A DNA stretch of 38,053 bases from a virus. Its lineage: Duplodnaviria > Caudoviricetes. The position numbers and the translations under genes are program-made. Of the stretch, positions 34,432 through 38,053 are shown piece after piece. Every line of letters starts with the position of its first letter. Positions within the stretch are counted from its first letter, which is position 1. The notes below the pieces were generated by a model. That model worked only from the letters and a program-made list of their open reading frames with translations. It was not told where the DNA came from and did not search any database. The stretch spans positions 1 through 38,053 of IMG/VR virus record IMGVR_UViG_3300046808_000440; one strand, given 5' to 3'.

Positions 34432-37400
34432 GCGCAAGCCACAATTCTTAAATCTTTAATTCTTGGAACACGACAGTTGTTTGTTGTTCTAAACACAAGT
34501 TTAACCTGAATAGCATCGAAAGAAGGAAGATCTTTTGCGCTATACACAACATCAGTGAAGTCTAAATTATTATTAGATTTCGTAATTTCGATATCAGGAT
34601 TTATTTTAATCCATGTCGTCTCATCGAATAAAGTCGTAGCACCAACCTTATTTAATCTATAGTACAGATCTACATCTGAAGAAGTTGGGACGCAAGCTGC
34701 AAATCTAATATTAAAGAATGTAGAAGGATTTGCTAGGTTAACTCTCTTAGAAAGATATTTACTATACTGAGAACCTCTAGATGGCGCAATCTCATCAACA
34801 AAGTTATTTAAGACATTAACGTCTATCGTTCCAGCAGTTCCAGCACCAGCGGCAGCTATTGTGAATGTTTTGTTAACCTTAACATATGAACCATCAGCTG
34901 CTACTTCAGTAACAAGTGCGGTTCCACTATTTCCTGTTGCCAATGCACCATCAATTCTAATATATCTACCAACAGGTATGAAAGAAAGTCTTTCTTTAAC
35001 TTGTGTGTTTGTAGTAGTTATTCGATCGCTAGCAAAGGCTATAGCAGTGCTATTATCAACTAAAAGAATATCATCGACTGGACTAATGTTCATATTCAAT
35101 GAATTTGCATTGTTGACCTTATTGTGAATCGCAATTAAAGAAGTTCTGTGCGTGTCAATAACAGGAGAAACAGCATCATTTGTAGAACTCATAACTGCTG
35201 CGATCTCAAAAGATTTAGATCCACTTAGTAGTTGTTGCTCATTTAATTCAGAAGCTACTATTTGTGGTTCTGCAAAATTGGTCACATCATTTATAGTCAC
35301 TGGAATAGGAATAACACTTTGAATATAAGGCACTTCTGTTCCATCTACAGATTGTCCAGATGTTGTAGTTGCCTCCCATATCATAGAAGCATCTGGGAAT
35401 GTTTGAATTTGAGCATTTGCCTGAATAGAAGTCATTAGAATATTATCACTAGCGTAAATATTTTCTCCACCAGTAAATCCAGTCAAATTAGCTGTGCTAG
35501 AAACACCAGTTAATGTGATCGTATAAGCATCTAAATCAGCTGCTCCAACAGTATGAACTCCATTTAAGCGAGCACCAAGAATTCCATTATATGTTTGAGT
35601 AGCAGTAAATCCTGATAACTGAACCTTAGATCCAACTGGCATATTATGATTTTCGTGATATACTCGAATCATAGAACTACCGTTAGTTGTTTGAATAGGA
35701 TTAACTTCTAATCTTGTTTTGGGGAGAACATCATTTGTAAATTCGACACGACCAGTTACTGCAGTATTAAATTTAGCACGATGAATAATAAAGCAAAGAT
35801 CTTTATAATCATCTGGTGTCCAAGTAGATGCGTTTTGTGATTTAAAGAATACTCCCTGATAAGGTTGCTCAGAGACAAAACGATCTGTTCCTGGAATTTT
35901 ATCACCAAGATGAGATACCCAAACATTATAATTATTTGAATCAGAAATAATAACTATACAGTATTCAGTTCCATCTTTAACGTAAACTGGACTTGGGAAT
36001 GTAAATTTAGTTGCTACATCTGGCGCAGAAGCAATTTTATTGTTCATCGCAGGTATAGTTACTTTTCGGGTAGAGATGTTAACATCTTCAGGATTTTTAA
36101 CTACCTGACTAAATGGAAGAATTTTCTTACCAGGATATCCATTAACAACTTCTCTTATTTCAATTTTAACTGGGATATTTGCATCTTTAGTTGCAAAGAA
36201 AAGATCAATAGAAGTTAAAAATGCTCCACCCTTTTGCTGCACTAAAAATGTTTGAGCCAAGGGATCATACCATCCAGTATCAGCAACAACTCGATCTGCT
36301 GTCTCTACTATTGTTCTAGATTCTTGAACTGTTTCCTGGACAATTATACCGTTTCTAACTGCTTCAACGGTAGCTTGTTTAACTTGTAAAATACCTTCTG
36401 CTTTGTAATCAGCTACTGCGTATGAGTTATAATCGTCTTCATAACCAGTCGTATCTGCCAGTCTAAACTCTCTGGTTCCTGTTCTAAACCGAACAGCTTC
36501 TGTATTTGGAATATCAAATAGACCAAACAAAGAGCCGTTAAAGTTAGTTGTCATCTGGTCACCTTTAACTTTAGGTGTTACAGATGCATTAATCGTACCA
36601 CGCGCACCAGAAATATTACCAACAATAACTTCATTAACTTGGAAAGTGCCTTTTATATTTAATACATAAATTGCTCTGGCATCAGTTTCATTACTTAACT
36701 CTGTTCCAACTACAACAGCTGTAGCTCCAGATGTTTGACCAGTAATAACATCACCACGATTTAATCCAACCTGAGGTGTATCTGCTGGATCTCCAGCCAA
36801 TCTTCTGGCAGGATCACTAGCGGTCGCGCCAGCATTTTTCTTTGATTCAAAGTTTGAACTAAATCCAGTAATTTCATCAAAAGAAATTTTAGTTGCTGGT
36901 GTTATATACTTTGAAATCGCAACCGAATCAAAGAAAGCATAGAATTTTGTAGATGGCTTTAATCCAGTAACTTGGAATAAAACATTTCTGCTTCTAATAT
37001 AAGGAAGAACAGCTGTAGATAAAACTCTATCTTCAACTAAACGGCGATCAATTTGCACTGCAACTTTAGTTTGAGTGCCCGTGCGAGTTTGTCCAACTTG
37101 TGTAGCTGTAACTTCAGCTGTTACTTGACGAGCATTCCAGTGATTAGATCCTGGACCACCGAACCTTTGTTGGAATTCACCGATACTTAAAAATACATCA
37201 CCCCTTCTCGAAGCCCAGTTGTCGCCACTAGTGAATACAGTTCTACCTAAAGTTTGAGTCGCTCCAGTCCATTGCGTTTGCCAAGAGTTCCATACAGTTC
37301 CCAAAACTCCAGCTTTTTCAGAAAGAGTTTGGATAGTATTAAAATTACCTTCTACGTTTACAATAATATCAGGTCTGCGTTCAACTTCAAACCAATCATC

Positions 37401-38053
37401 TGAGGATGGATTTAAATCTATTCTTCCAATAAATGTAAAGACGGCAAATGGGTTTACATTCTCTGTTCTAGAAGATATATTTTGTTTAATGAGTGCTTGT
37501 TCTGTATATGGAAGAGTTATAATATCACCAGTTGCCTGGTAATTATTAAGAGTTCTTTGTCCATCATTAGATGCTCGCTCAACTAAATTAACATTCTCCA
37601 TTCTAAAAAATGGACGAAGTTCTTTATTTTCTAAATCAATAGAGCATTTGTAATCTGGATCTTCTGCATTCCCTATTCCATGACCAGCAAAATTATCAAC
37701 TAAAAATACATTTTTAAATCTATCTAAGCCATTTTCATCTGTAATTTTAGAGTTGGCAGTTTCAGTTTCCAACATATTTAATGTTGTATAGTATTCAAGA
37801 TTATCAATACGTTTTTCCAATTTGCCAATATCTCGCATTGTATATCGTTTGTTATCAACTGAGGTAACATTGACATCTGGAGCTCGAGGTTTGTATGTAT
37901 ATGGAATCAGAGAAACACCATATAATAGCATGGAATTTTGTGGAGTCTCAGGCTCTATTGGGAATAAAGAAGGGATTCCTTTTGTTACAAAAAACTTTCC
38001 TCTAAAGTCAATAGAAATTTTATCTTTTCTTGCAAGATAATAAGATAAATCTA
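34428..38053 (-). CDS. Large virion structural protein, VrlC-like/DUF4815-like (5' truncated by the window)
   Basis: Frame stays open to the window edge (DLSYYLARKDKI...). Motifs RYTMRDIGKLEKRI..LEYYT.L..LE, ENVNPF, DPLAQTF, F.TSIDLFF, FFKSQNASTWT and PRIKDLR.VA are characteristic of the T4-like cyanophage structural protein. Confidence 0.85.
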   Translation of the reverse strand, partial: DLSYYLARKDKISIDFRGKFFVTKGIPSLFPIEPETPQNSMLLYGVSLIPYTYKPRAPDVNVTSVDNKRYTMRDIGKLEKRIDNLEYYTTLNMLETETANSKITDENGLDRFKNVFLVDNFAGHGIGNAEDPDYKCSIDLENKELRPFFRMENVNLVERASNDGQRTLNNYQATGDIITLPYTEQALIKQNISSRTENVNPFAVFTFIGRIDLNPSSDDWFEVERRPDIIVNVEGNFNTIQTLSEKAGVLGTVWNSWQTQWTGATQTLGRTVFTSGDNWASRRGDVFLSIGEFQQRFGGPGSNHWNARQVTAEVTATQVGQTRTGTQTKVAVQIDRRLVEDRVLSTAVLPYIRSRNVLFQVTGLKPSTKFYAFFDSVAISKYITPATKISFDEITGFSSNFESKKNAGATASDPARRLAGDPADTPQVGLNRGDVITGQTSGATAVVVGTELSNETDARAIYVLNIKGTFQVNEVIVGNISGARGTINASVTPKVKGDQMTTNFNGSLFGLFDIPNTEAVRFRTGTREFRLADTTGYEDDYNSYAVADYKAEGILQVKQATVEAVRNGIIVQETVQESRTIVETADRVVADTGWYDPLAQTFLVQQKGGAFLTSIDLFFATKDANIPVKIEIREVVNGYPGKKILPFSQVVKNPEDVNISTRKVTIPAMNNKIASAPDVATKFTFPSPVYVKDGTEYCIVIISDSNNYNVWVSHLGDKIPGTDRFVSEQPYQGVFFKSQNASTWTPDDYKDLCFIIHRAKFNTAVTGRVEFTNDVLPKTRLEVNPIQTTNGSSMIRVYHENHNMPVGSKVQLSGFTATQTYNGILGARLNGVHTVGAADLDAYTITLTGVSSTANLTGFTGGENIYASDNILMTSIQANAQIQTFPDASMIWEATTTSGQSVDGTEVPYIQSVIPIPVTINDVTNFAEPQIVASELNEQQLLSGSKSFEIAAVMSSTNDAVSPVIDTHRTSLIAIHNKVNNANSLNMNISPVDDILLVDNSTAIAFASDRITTTNTQVKERLSFIPVGRYIRIDGALATGNSGTALVTEVAADGSYVKVNKTFTIAAAGAGTAGTIDVNVLNNFVDEIAPSRGSQYSKYLSKRVNLANPSTFFNIRFAACVPTSSDVDLYYRLNKVGATTLFDETTWIKINPDIEITKSNNNLDFTDVVYSAKDLPSFDAIQVKLVFRTTNNCRVPRIKDLRIVACA

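Noticed and set aside
37690-37725. DRFKNVFLVDNF where Gly is usually recalled (FKNGF)
   Set aside because: A single GGA>GTA change could be a variant or a sequencing error; not interpretable.
1-38053. Alternative genetic code, introns or inteins
   Set aside because: TAA, TAG and TGA all end genes at sensible boundaries, intergenic gaps are under 45 nt, and no intein or homing endonuclease motifs were seen.

Overview
AT-rich phage DNA with no real + strand genes. It holds 26 tightly packed minus-strand genes, the first truncated by the window edge. Many junctions overlap (TAATG/ATGA) and several T4-type late-promoter boxes (ATAAATA) are present. It reads as the virion fibre/adhesin region of a large T4-like myovirus related to marine/freshwater cyanophage-like phages; the host cannot be determined. 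In transcription order: a VrlC/DUF4815-like structural protein, a fibre with a nested 7+7 GSGY repeat, a short gp9/gp10-like anchor, two Mtd_N-like fibres, a long repeat fibre, small connector proteins, three paralogous propeller-like proteins, a 5x LamG lectin-like protein and seven polyglycine-rich domains. The most striking pattern is a grammar of short shared N-terminal peptides ('plugs'), recurring small domains or C-terminal tags ('sockets') and swappable tip domains. This suggests a genetically encoded, branched, plug-and-socket adhesin tree. All family names come from motif recognition by eye, not from database searches. No RNA genes, CRISPR arrays or mobile elements were seen.
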